Source: Clostridia bacterium
GTDB lineage: Bacteria; Bacillota; Clostridia; UMGS1883; UMGS1540
DNA: 64,000 nucleotides
Reading direction: 5' to 3'
Assembly: GCA_045531205.1 (NCBI GenBank)
Contig: JAZSDN010000050.1
Span: 6,407-70,406, forward strand
In this document: one piece after another, positions 55,734 to 64,000 of the stretch
How positions within the stretch are numbered: position 1 is the first letter of the stretch
Layout: each line of letters starts with the position of its first letter
Made by a program: the position numbers and the translations under genes
The notes under the pieces: generated by a model
Told to the model about the DNA's origin: nothing
Seen by the model: the letters and a program-made list of their open reading frames with translations, nothing else
The model's database searches: none

Positions 55734-57045
55734 CTTTTTCTTCTCCTTTACTCTTTGCCTTTTTAGTTATTTTTGCATTGTCAACCAAGAATGTCAGAGT
55801 TTTGTTTACAGATAAATCAGCCTTTAAGCCGTCCATGGAATTCTTCATAATGTTCTTAACCTTCTTAAGTTCCATGTTATACTGTTCTGACATTTTCTTA
55901 AGTTCTTCTTCTATTTCTTCTTTTGTAATTTCAATCTTTTCAATTTCAGCAATTTTTTCTAAAATAAGGTTAATCTTTACAGATCTTGCTGCACCTTCTT
56001 TAAACTGACCGCGCATTGTCGCTTCGTCAATGCCTGTAATCTGCTGATACTGTTCTAAAGTAATTCCCTGTGCAGAAATTCTGTATTCAAAATCCTGCAA
56101 CATTCTGTCTATCTGTGCTTCTACCATGCATTCAGGAATATCAATTTCTGTTTTTTCTGCAATGGCATCAACTATTTTATCTTCAGTTTCTCTCTTTGCA
56201 CGAACATTGTTAGCTTCTGTCATTTTAGCCTTAATGTCTGCTTTTAATTCATCAAGTGTATCAAATTCACTTACATCTTTTGCAAATTCATCATCAGCTG
56301 CAGGAAGTTCTTTCTTCTTAACTTCGTTAATCTTTACCTTGAATACAGCTTCTTTGCCAGCAAGGTCTTCAGCATGATATTCTGTGGGGAATGTAACATT
56401 TACTTCAACTTCCTGACCTGCCTTTTTACCGATAAGCTGGTCTTCAAATCCGGGGATAAACTGTCCTGAACCAAGTTCAAGGTTGTGGTTTTCACCCTTA
56501 CCGCCGTCAAATGCAACACCGTCAACAAAGCCTTCGTAATCAATAACAGCAATGTTGCCCTTCTTTGCAGCTGTTTCGATTGAAACGAGTCTTGCATTCT
56601 GTTCGCGACGTCTGTCTATTTCAGCATTAACATCTTTTGCCAATACTTTATATTCTATTTTATCCAGTTTGATTCCTTTGTATTCAGCAACTTCAAATTC
56701 AGGCTTAACTGTAACTGTAGCGGTAAACACAAATGCTTTGCCTGTTTCAAGCTGTTCAATATCAACTTCAGGTCGATCAACAGGGTTTATGCCGCTTTTT
56801 GCTACTGCTTTATCATATGCATCGGGGCATACAAAGTTTATAGCATCTTCATAAAAAACGCCTTCTCCATAGTATTTTTCGCAAACTTTACGGGGAGCTT
56901 TACCCTTGCGGAAGCCGGGAACAGATATGTATTTTACATTTTTACGATATGCTTTTTCCACACCTTCTTCAAATGCCTGCTTGTCAACTTCAATAGTTAA
57001 CTTAACCTTATTGTTTTCTAACTTTTCAACGTTTTTTACTTTCAT
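55699..57045 (-). CDS. tig: Trigger factor
   Basis: 448 aa. N-terminal ribosome-binding GFRKGKAP motif and an FKBP-type PPIase domain. The charged C-terminal tail overlaps the clpP start by 35 nt. Confidence 0.95.
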   Translation of the reverse strand: MKVKNVEKLENNKVKLTIEVDKQAFEEGVEKAYRKNVKYISVPGFRKGKAPRKVCEKYYGEGVFYEDAINFVCPDAYDKAVAKSGINPVDRPEVDIEQLETGKAFVFTATVTVKPEFEVAEYKGIKLDKIEYKVLAKDVNAEIDRRREQNARLVSIETAAKKGNIAVIDYEGFVDGVAFDGGKGENHNLELGSGQFIPGFEDQLIGKKAGQEVEVNVTFPTEYHAEDLAGKEAVFKVKINEVKKKELPAADDEFAKDVSEFDTLDELKADIKAKMTEANNVRAKRETEDKIVDAIAEKTEIDIPECMVEAQIDRMLQDFEYRISAQGITLEQYQQITGIDEATMRGQFKEGAARSVKINLILEKIAEIEKIEITKEEIEEELKKMSEQYNMELKKVKNIMKNSMDGLKADLSVNKTLTFLVDNAKITKKAKSKGEEKDESGADGNRAD

Positions 57046-57151
57046 TAGTTATTCCTCCAAGCTTTATAATACAATTTAATATTATAACACAAAAAATTAA
57101 AATTTCAATAGTTAAATGTAAAATTTTTCAATATTTTTAAGCTTTTTGTAT

Positions 57152-57180
57152 AATAAAAGCGCCTTTTAAAAGGCGCATTC
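57152..57180 (-). terminator. Rho-independent terminator after abrB
   Basis: GCGCCTTTTAAAAGGCGC palindrome followed, on the minus strand, by TTTTATT. Confidence 0.65.
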
Positions 57181-57194
57181 ATTTTTATATGCTT

Positions 57195-57434
57195 TTATTT
57201 TGAAAGCTCTGCCGCACAAGTTGGGCAAATATTTTTGCCGCGGAATAAAAAAACATCTTTTGCATCACCGCAGAATACGCACGAAGGTTCATATTTTTTT
57301 AAGATTATGCTGTTACCGTCAACATAAATCTCCAAAGAATCTTTTTCAGCTATATCCAAAGTTCTTCTTAATTCAATAGGAAGAACTACCCTTCCGAGTT
57401 CATCAACTTTTCTTACTACGCCTGTAGCTTTCAT
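57195..57434 (-). CDS. abrB: AbrB/SpoVT-family transition state regulator with a C-terminal Cys4 motif
   Basis: The track ORF extends to 57449. The start at MKATGVVRKVDELGRVVLPIELRRTL (57434) follows GGAGGGG. The SpoVT-AbrB swapped-hairpin N-domain is canonical. The C-terminus has CVFCG...CPTC. Confidence 0.88.
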   Translation of the reverse strand: MKATGVVRKVDELGRVVLPIELRRTLDIAEKDSLEIYVDGNSIILKKYEPSCVFCGDAKDVFLFRGKNICPTCAAELSK

Positions 57435-57470
57435 TATTTTCCCCTCCAAATATTTTCTTTAACAAAATTA

Positions 57471-57499
57471 ATAGTATCACATAAAAAAAGGCTTGTCAA
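57471..57499 (-). promoter_or_regulatory. Sigma-A type promoter of abrB
   Basis: The minus strand reads TTGACA (57499-57494), a 17-nt spacer ending in TGA, then TACTAT (57476-57471). Confidence 0.55.
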
Positions 57500-57574
57500 T
57501 CAGTAATTTGAAAAAAATGTAAATTTTATCATATAAAAATACAAAAAGACATATTTTTTCAAGAGGTGTTTTTT

Positions 57575-58156
57575 ATGCTTAATTTTATATGGCCGGCTTT
57601 AGTTATATTCTCGCTTGCTGTATCTTTTTTCACAGGCAACCCAGAGGAAGTTTGCATTGCCGGCATCGAAGGTGCAAAAAACGGAATTTTATTTACTATA
57701 GAGCTTTGTGGGATTATGTGTTTTTGGACAGGGCTTATGAAAATTGCAGAAAAAGCAGGACTTATAAATTTTTTATCACGCTTGCTTTCTCCACTTATAA
57801 AAGTTCTTTTTCCCGATGTTAAAAATCAAAGCACAAAAAATGCTATTGTAATGAATATGGCGGCAAATATATTTGGAATGAGTAATGCAGCAACTCCTCT
57901 TGGCTTAAAAGCAATGCAAGAGCTTGACAAAGAAAACCACTACAGCAAAACAGCGTCAAATGCAATATGTATGTTTGTACTTATAAATACTGCTTCAATA
58001 CAGCTTATCCCATCTACACTTATTGCCTTGCGTGCCCAAAACTCATCCTCTGCACCTTCAGAAATAATTGTACCCGTATGGATTGTTTCTTTTTTATCGT
58101 TATTTATAGCGATAATTTTTGCTAAAATTGCAGAAAAAAGGAGTAAATTATTTTGA
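57575..58156 (+). CDS. spmA: Spore maturation protein A (nucleoside-recognition domain membrane protein)
   Basis: The ATG at 57575 (MLNFIWPALV...) is 6 nt after AGAGGTG. SpmA-like sequence, followed by an overlapping spmB. Confidence 0.88.
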   Translation: MLNFIWPALVIFSLAVSFFTGNPEEVCIAGIEGAKNGILFTIELCGIMCFWTGLMKIAEKAGLINFLSRLLSPLIKVLFPDVKNQSTKNAIVMNMAANIFGMSNAATPLGLKAMQELDKENHYSKTASNAICMFVLINTASIQLIPSTLIALRAQNSSSAPSEIIVPVWIVSFLSLFIAIIFAKIAEKRSKLF

Positions 58157-58674
58157 GTATATCTTCTTACATTGTTCCTTTTGTGATAATTTGCGTAATT
58201 GTTTTTGGATTCTGTAAAGGCTTATCTTTATACGATTTATTTATTGATGGTGCAAATGATGCTTTAAAAACTGCTATTAAAATAATAGCTCCCATGACTG
58301 CACTTATGTCTGCAGTTAGTATGCTTCGTGCAGCGGGAGTTATAGATATTATTTCAAATTTATTTTCTCCTATTGCCAAAATGACGGGATTCCCTATAGA
58401 AGTTCTTCCTTTTGCTTTAATGCGTCCTGTATCAGGGAGTGCATCACTTGCAATTTTAGAAGATATTTTTTCGGTATACGGTCCCGACAGTATTGCAGGG
58501 CGTGTTGCTTCTGTAATATCAGGCTCAAGCGAAACTACATTTTACGCTTTAAGTGTATACTTTGCAGCTACAAAAATAAAAAACACAAGGCACACCTTGA
58601 AAGCCGCATTGATAGCAGATTTTGCAGGAATGGTTCTCGGTACAGCCTCGGTTTATTTATTTTTTAATTTATAA
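58153..58674 (+). CDS. spmB: Spore maturation protein B
   Basis: 173 aa. SpmB-like (...PFALMRPVSGSASLA...). 4-nt overlap with spmA. Confidence 0.88.
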   Translation: MSISSYIVPFVIICVIVFGFCKGLSLYDLFIDGANDALKTAIKIIAPMTALMSAVSMLRAAGVIDIISNLFSPIAKMTGFPIEVLPFALMRPVSGSASLAILEDIFSVYGPDSIAGRVASVISGSSETTFYALSVYFAATKIKNTRHTLKAALIADFAGMVLGTASVYLFFNL

Positions 58675-59620
58675 GTGCATTTATTTCTTCGTGGCTTATG
58701 CCTTTGTGCATAGAATAGTTTATTCCGTTTGCAAGTATTTTTGATGTTCTCATAATAATTGTATCTATTTCCTTTGGCGTTACAATTGATTTACCTGTTT
58801 TTTCGGCATTGAATTCTGTAAGTATTCTTTCTTTTTGTTTTTCAAAAGCTTCATTTTCTTTTTCTGAATTTCCTGTTAATACTTCAATTGCTTTATCTAT
58901 TGCATCAGCGGCAATTGTTGCACTGTCGCAAACCATAGGAACACCTATAGCTATTACCGGCACTCCAAGAGTTTCCCTGTCAAGACTTTTACGGTTGTTC
59001 CCTACCCCGCTTCCGGGATTTATTCCTGTATCAGAAATCTGAATTGTAGTGCTCACTCTTTTTGGACTTCTTGATGCAAGTGCATCTATTGCTATAACTA
59101 AAGAAGGCTTTACTCTTTCACATACACCTTTTATTATTTCTCCTGTTTCTATTCCTGTAATTCCAAGCACTCCGGGCGAAACTGCACATACAGAACCAAG
59201 TCCTTCGGCGGTTCCTTTTGGCATATATTCAAAAATATGTCTTGTTACAAGCAATGCTTCCACTGTTTTTGGACCCAGGGCATCGGGTGTTATTTTTTCA
59301 TTTCCTAATCCAACTATTAAAACATTGTTTCTGTCATTTCCTATAAGCTTGTCAAGTTCTTCCGCTAAAAGCTGTGCTGTTTTTTCGTGTGTTTCAGGAT
59401 TTGCCTGTGCGGGGTTTGGAAATTCTATTGTGATATACCTACCACACTTTTTCCCTAAAGCTTCTGCTGTTTTATCATCTTTGATTTGTACATTCGTTAT
59501 TTTTATGCCTTCTATCTCTTTTTCTGTGCTTTCTATCCCTGAAAGTTCTCCCGAAGTTTCTATATAAAAATTCATAGATTCAAGTGCAAGGTCAGTTCTT
59601 ACATAGCTCAAAAAAATCAC
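58664..59620 (-). CDS. gpr: GPR endopeptidase (spore germination protease)
   Basis: 318 aa. ...VRTDLALES... N-terminal motif, ...LIVGLGN...TPDALGP... and ...AIDALA... GPR signatures. Confidence 0.9.
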   Translation of the reverse strand: MIFLSYVRTDLALESMNFYIETSGELSGIESTEKEIEGIKITNVQIKDDKTAEALGKKCGRYITIEFPNPAQANPETHEKTAQLLAEELDKLIGNDRNNVLIVGLGNEKITPDALGPKTVEALLVTRHIFEYMPKGTAEGLGSVCAVSPGVLGITGIETGEIIKGVCERVKPSLVIAIDALASRSPKRVSTTIQISDTGINPGSGVGNNRKSLDRETLGVPVIAIGVPMVCDSATIAADAIDKAIEVLTGNSEKENEAFEKQKERILTEFNAEKTGKSIVTPKEIDTIIMRTSKILANGINYSMHKGISHEEINALIN

Positions 59621-59656
59621 CTCTTAATGCATTGTTTGCAAAAAGAGGTGATTTTA

Positions 59657-61531
59657 TTACGATAGTTCAAACATTCCCATATAAAGCTGATAATATTTAC
59701 CTTTTTGTTTTAATAGTTCCTCGTGATCACCACGTTCAATAATTTCGCCGTTTTCAAGCACCATAATAGCATTTGAATTACGCACAGTAGAAAGTCTGTG
59801 TGCTATAACAAAAACAGTTCTTCCTTTCATAAGGGTGTCCATTCCCTTTTCTATTAAAGCTTCTGTTCTTGTATCTATAGAGCTTGTTGCTTCATCAAGT
59901 ACCAAAACAGGCGGGTTTGCAATTGCTGCTCTTGCAATAGCTAAAAGCTGACGTTGTCCCTGACTTAAATTTGCTCCGTCCGCAGTTATTTTTGTTTCGT
60001 ATCCTTTTGGAAGTCTGCGGATAAAGGAATCTGCGTTTGCGAGCTTTGCCGCATAAATTATTTCTTCGTCTGTTGCATCAAGCTTTCCGTAACGGATATT
60101 ATCTGCAACTGTTCCGGTAAACAAATGTGTATCCTGTAAAACAAAGGCTTGCGAGCGTCTTAAATCTGATTTTTTGATTTCATTAATTTTTATTCCGTCG
60201 TATAAGATATTACCTTCGTTAATATCATAAAATCGGTTTATAAGGTTTGTTATAGTAGTTTTTCCTGCTCCTGTTGAGCCTACAAAAGCAATTTTCTGTC
60301 CCGGCTTTGCATAAAGAGATATGCCTTTTAAAACAGTTTTTTCACTTGTGTATCCGAATTTTACATTATCAAAAGAAACATTTCCTTTTACTTCAATATA
60401 GCTTATATTTCCATTTTCGTCTGTAGTTTTCCATGCAAAAACTCCGTTTTCGCTTTCAATATATTCTTTGCCGTTATTTGTAACCTTTACAAGTGTAACT
60501 TTTCCGTTATCTTCTTCGGGTGTTTCGTCCATTATCTCAAATATTCTTTCTGCACCCGCAAGAGCGTTCAGTATTGAGTTAAACTGCTGTGACATTTGAG
60601 TTATAGGTTGCGAAAATGAACGTGTATACTGCAAAAATGCAGCAAGTGAACCTAAATCAAAGCCCCATAAAATCGACATTACTGCACCCACCATTGCAGT
60701 TAGTGCGTAATGCATATATGAAATGTTGCCCATTATAGGCATCAGTATACTTGCAAAGGTATGTGCACCCTTTGCAGTTTCAAAAAGCTGCTCGTTTACC
60801 TTGTCAAAGTTTTCTTTAGCCTTTTGTTCATGATTGAATATTTTTACTACCTTCTGCCCTTCAATCATTTCTTCAATGTATCCGTTTACCTGTCCTATTG
60901 CCTTTTGCTGCTTCATAAAATAGGTTCCGCTTTTTTTACCAAGAACACTTATAAGATTAAGTATCAATATAAGTATTAATACAACAAGAACCGTTAATGC
61001 AGGGCTTAAAATAAGCATTGTGCAAAATACGCCTATAACAGTTAAAATAGAAACACAAAGCTGCATTATAACCTGACTTAAAAGGTCGCGTATTGCGTCT
61101 ATATCATTTGTAAAGCGGCTCATTATTTCGCCATGAGTGTGAGTGTCAAAGTATTTTATAGGTAAGGTTTGCAGTTTTTCAAACAAGTCTTCACGCAAAC
61201 GGCGAAGCGTACTTGTTGATACATGAAGCATAATTCGGTTGCCTGCATAGTTTGCCGCAGCCCCCGCTATATAAAGCGCCGCCATCATAATAACAGCATT
61301 TGAAAATGCAGACAAATCAGGATTTTTATGTCCTATAAAAGGAACAATATACTCATTTATAAGAGGCTTTAAAAAATATGTTCCCATTATACTTGCTGCG
61401 GAATTTATAAATATAAGTACCACTAATATTGCAAGTAAAAGCTTATAGGGTTTAAGATATGAAAAGAGCTTTTGAAGGGTTTTCTTTAAATCTTTAGGCT
61501 TTCTCATGCCTTTATTTCTGGGTCCCGGCAT
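59657..61531 (-). CDS. ABC transporter ATP-binding/permease protein (type I exporter half-transporter)
   Basis: The track ORF extends to 61582. I place the start at MPGPRNKG (61531), 6 nt after GGGGGTGG. Six-TM domain plus NBD with GSTGAGKTT, LSQGQRQL and LVLDEATSSID. Confidence 0.9.
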   Translation of the reverse strand: MPGPRNKGMRKPKDLKKTLQKLFSYLKPYKLLLAILVVLIFINSAASIMGTYFLKPLINEYIVPFIGHKNPDLSAFSNAVIMMAALYIAGAAANYAGNRIMLHVSTSTLRRLREDLFEKLQTLPIKYFDTHTHGEIMSRFTNDIDAIRDLLSQVIMQLCVSILTVIGVFCTMLILSPALTVLVVLILILILNLISVLGKKSGTYFMKQQKAIGQVNGYIEEMIEGQKVVKIFNHEQKAKENFDKVNEQLFETAKGAHTFASILMPIMGNISYMHYALTAMVGAVMSILWGFDLGSLAAFLQYTRSFSQPITQMSQQFNSILNALAGAERIFEIMDETPEEDNGKVTLVKVTNNGKEYIESENGVFAWKTTDENGNISYIEVKGNVSFDNVKFGYTSEKTVLKGISLYAKPGQKIAFVGSTGAGKTTITNLINRFYDINEGNILYDGIKINEIKKSDLRRSQAFVLQDTHLFTGTVADNIRYGKLDATDEEIIYAAKLANADSFIRRLPKGYETKITADGANLSQGQRQLLAIARAAIANPPVLVLDEATSSIDTRTEALIEKGMDTLMKGRTVFVIAHRLSTVRNSNAIMVLENGEIIERGDHEELLKQKGKYYQLYMGMFELS

Positions 61532-63257
61532 TTTCGTCCACCCCCTTCTGCTGCGATTCATATACTTCTCTGTATATTTCATTTGATGCCATCAGTTCTT
61601 CATGATTTCCTATTCCGTTTATCATCCCATTATCCATAACTATTATTTTATCGGCATCACAAACAGAGGATATTCTCTGTGCAACAATTATTGTCGTTGT
61701 AGCTTTTAAATGAGTTTTTAAAGCTTCACGGATAGATTTATCTGTAGCAGTATCAACAGCGCTTGTGCTATCATCCATAATAATTATTTTAGGTTTTTTC
61801 AAAAGTGCCCTTGCAATACAAAGTCTTTGCTTTTGTCCACCCGAAACATTTACACCGCCCTGCCCTAAATTTGTGTCATATCCATCAGGAAAAGCGGTTA
61901 TAAAATCGTGTGCATTGGCAATTTTGCACGCTTTTTCTATTTCCTCCTGCGAAGCGTTTGTATCTCCCCACTTAAGATTTTCTCTTATTGTGCCGGAAAA
62001 TAAAACATTCTTTTGTAAAACCATTGCCACCGCTTCACGCAGTTCAAAAAGTGAATAATCCTTTACATTTTTTCCACCTACATATATTTCGCCATTCGTT
62101 ACATCATAAAGTCTTGGAATAAGATTTACAAGTGAGCTTTTTGCAGAGCCTGTTCCTCCTATTATTCCAACTGTTTCGCCTGATTTAATTTCGAAATTTA
62201 TATCCTTCAAAACCATATCGTTTGCTTTTTCGTTATAAGCAAAATCAACATTTTTAAAAGATATTGAACCATCAGAAACCTTTATATCGCTTGATTTGTT
62301 ATCTTTCAGCGAAATATCTTCGTCCAAAGCTTCGTTAATACGTGTTATAGAGGCTTTTGTAAGCACAAGCATAACAAATACCATCGAAATCATCATAAGC
62401 GCCATAAGTATTTGCGAAACATAACTTACAAACCCCATAAATTCACCTGTTTGCATTCCTCCGGCAATTATAAGGTTACCGCCAAACCAATAAACAGCCA
62501 GCATACAGGAATACATTACCATCTGCATTATAGGTCCGTTTAAAATAATAAGCTTTTCAGCATTTATCTGTGTACGCTGTACCTGACGTGCAACATCATT
62601 AAAGTTTTCTTTTTCATATTCTTCTCTTACAAAGGCTTTTACAACTCTTATAGCTATTAAGTTTTCCTGCACTTTAGAGTTTAAAAGGTCATATTTTTTA
62701 AGCATTTCTCCAAAACGGGGAAACGCACGTGTTGCTATTAAATATAAAGCTATACCCAACACGGGAACTGCTGCAAAAAATATACAAGCAAGACTTGCAT
62801 TCATTTTAAATGCCATAATTACTGCAAACACAAGCATAAATGGCGAACGGATGCAAACACGTATCAGCATCATAAATGCGTGCTGAGTATTATTTACGTC
62901 GGTTGTAAGCCTTGTAACCAAAGATGCAGTGCTGAACTTATCCATATTTGCAAATGAATATTCCTGCAATTTATAAAAAAGCTTCTGCCTTAAGTTTTTG
63001 GCAAAGCCTGTTGCCGCAACAGCCGAGCATCTTGCCGCACCTGCACCAAAGCTTAATGATATAAGCGACATTAAAACCATCAAAGCACCTGTTTTGATTA
63101 TATAACTCATATCTTTGTTTGCTATACCAATATCAATTATATTAGCCATAAGTATAGGTATAAGCACCTCAAGTATAACCTCGCCTATAACAAGCAAGGG
63201 TGACAGGATGGTTTGCTTTTTATATTCTTTTATACACGGAATTAAGTGTTTGAACAA
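61512..63257 (-). CDS. ABC transporter ATP-binding/permease protein (partner half-transporter)
   Basis: 581 aa. TMD plus NBD with GGTGSAKSS (the usual Walker A Gly before Lys is Ala), VSGGQKQRL and IIMDDSTSAVD. TTG start after GGAGG. Confidence 0.9.
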   Translation of the reverse strand: MFKHLIPCIKEYKKQTILSPLLVIGEVILEVLIPILMANIIDIGIANKDMSYIIKTGALMVLMSLISLSFGAGAARCSAVAATGFAKNLRQKLFYKLQEYSFANMDKFSTASLVTRLTTDVNNTQHAFMMLIRVCIRSPFMLVFAVIMAFKMNASLACIFFAAVPVLGIALYLIATRAFPRFGEMLKKYDLLNSKVQENLIAIRVVKAFVREEYEKENFNDVARQVQRTQINAEKLIILNGPIMQMVMYSCMLAVYWFGGNLIIAGGMQTGEFMGFVSYVSQILMALMMISMVFVMLVLTKASITRINEALDEDISLKDNKSSDIKVSDGSISFKNVDFAYNEKANDMVLKDINFEIKSGETVGIIGGTGSAKSSLVNLIPRLYDVTNGEIYVGGKNVKDYSLFELREAVAMVLQKNVLFSGTIRENLKWGDTNASQEEIEKACKIANAHDFITAFPDGYDTNLGQGGVNVSGGQKQRLCIARALLKKPKIIIMDDSTSAVDTATDKSIREALKTHLKATTTIIVAQRISSVCDADKIIVMDNGMINGIGNHEELMASNEIYREVYESQQKGVDENAGTQK

Positions 63258-63293
63258 AACGGTTTTTCCTCCCCAGTGCTTTATAATATTTTT

Positions 63294-63333
63294 ATACTAT
63301 AACTTTAAATAAGATATGTCAATACAAATTGAC
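63294..63333 (-). promoter_or_regulatory. Promoter of the ABC exporter operon with an inverted repeat over the -35
   Basis: The minus strand reads GTCAAT-TTGT-ATTGAC (63333-63318), overlapping TTGACA (63322-63317). A 17-nt spacer and TAGTAT (63299-63294) follow. Confidence 0.4.
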
Positions 63334-63408
63334 GATTATTAACAAAAGTTTCATTTTTATAAAAGAAAAATACGCAATTTCAAAACAAAACTGCGTATTT
63401 TATTATTT

Positions 63409-63750
63409 TTACTTAAAAGAAACAAATCCGTAGCTTTCTAAAATCTTAAAGTACTTTGCAAGCCTTTCATAAAGAGGATGTGCTTTTTCTCCAAAACCTT
63501 CTTCAAGTATAGTGCCAAGCTCTGTAATACTTTTTTCTCCGTCTATTAAAGGCCACACAAAGCTTCCAAGCTCATCAAGGTGAATATAGCTTATTTTAGG
63601 TTTTTTAAAAAGCTTCTGGCAAATTCTGTTCATAATGCCCTTGTTTTCAATTTCAAGAGTAACTATATTTTCGTCATTGCTTTTCCATGCAATATTTTCG
63701 TTTTTTACAGGAATACGTTCAAGATAATTTTCAGATATAACCTTCTTCAT
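63409..63750 (-). CDS. PqqD-family (RRE-like) small protein
   Basis: 113 aa. ...IHLDELGSFVWPLIDGEKSITELGTILEEGFG... resembles the PqqD/RRE core (LNxxGxxIWxLIDGxxSxxEI). Confidence 0.5.
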   Translation of the reverse strand: MKKVISENYLERIPVKNENIAWKSNDENIVTLEIENKGIMNRICQKLFKKPKISYIHLDELGSFVWPLIDGEKSITELGTILEEGFGEKAHPLYERLAKYFKILESYGFVSFK

Positions 63751-63752
63751 AA

Positions 63753-64000
63753 TTATTTACGTTTTCTCCATAACGAAAATTTTAAAACAGTAAGAATTGT
63801 TATTGCAAAAAGTACAATTCCGCCTATATTTGAAACTGCGGCAGGAATGCCAAGTATTGCCGATAAATTAAATAAAGAATCAACTCCGAATACTGCCAAA
63901 AGTGCAAGTAAAATACCAACAAGACCTTCACCTGCTATCATTCCTGAACAGAAAAGAATACCGTCGTTTACTATTTCTTTCTTTTCTTCTTCGTCTTTTT
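63753..64000 (-). CDS. OPT family oligopeptide transporter, C-terminal part (partial; continues beyond the window)
   Basis: The frame is open to the window edge. ...NDGILFCSGMIAGEGLVGILLALLAVFG... and the final TM plus basic tail are typical of OPT C-termini. Confidence 0.7.
   Translation of the reverse strand, partial: KDEEEKKEIVNDGILFCSGMIAGEGLVGILLALLAVFGVDSLFNLSAILGIPAAVSNIGGIVLFAITILTVLKFSLWRKRK

Noticed and set aside
1-64000. CRISPR arrays, rRNA or tRNA genes, and long tandem repeats.
   Set aside because: Reading through the intergenic regions, all of them 250 bp or shorter, showed no repeat-spacer periodicity, no cloverleaf-like GC-rich segments and no rRNA-like sequence. The coding density leaves no room for them.

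Overview
This is a chromosomal window from a low-GC, endospore-forming Firmicute (Clostridia-like), densely coded and mostly on the minus strand. I saw no rRNA, tRNA, CRISPR array, transposase or integrase.

Most of the window is core housekeeping and sporulation content:
- DNA and RNA functions: ruvCAB, RNase J, rluB-type pseudouridine synthase, scpAB, rnhB, yraN, dusB.
- Biosynthesis: argGH with paired ARG boxes, lysA.
- Proteostasis: ctsR-mcsA-mcsB-clpC with a textbook CtsR operator, and tig-clpP-clpX.
- Sporulation and germination: alpha/beta SASP, dacB-like carboxypeptidase, ytfJ/ytfI, spoIVB, a pdaA-like deacetylase, abrB, spmAB, gpr.
- Transport: pnuC, SulP, trkAH, an ABC exporter pair, and a partial OPT transporter.

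The clearly accessory part is about 40.26-51.1 kb, between the trkH terminator and spoIVB. It holds four units:
1. A ketose 3-epimerase plus FucI-family isomerase operon, divergent from a PocR-AraC regulator.
2. A glycyl radical enzyme (GRE) whose N-terminus is an in-frame AraC-type HTH DNA-binding domain, translationally coupled to a two-ferredoxin-motif activase.
3. A diverged remnant of the spoIVB 3' end with its own terminator.
4. A compact cassette with its own promoter: IclR regulator, an unusually short GRE (about 649 aa), and a reduced activase.

The cassette is bracketed by the spoIVB remnant and the real spoIVB 3' end. The two copies differ mainly at synonymous sites. That marks a horizontal-acquisition or recombination junction where two GRE modules are stacked.

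Secondary observations:
- spoIVB has no canonical in-frame start for its signal-peptide region; a strong SD sits beside an out-of-frame TTG and an A8 tract.
- Tandem perfect Spo0A boxes sit on the promoter of a coiled-coil lipoprotein gene.
- The pnuC leader carries a terminator and matches no riboswitch class I recognise.
- A DUF1538 membrane protein is paired with a tandem P-II protein.
- A secreted protein carries an internal dockerin.
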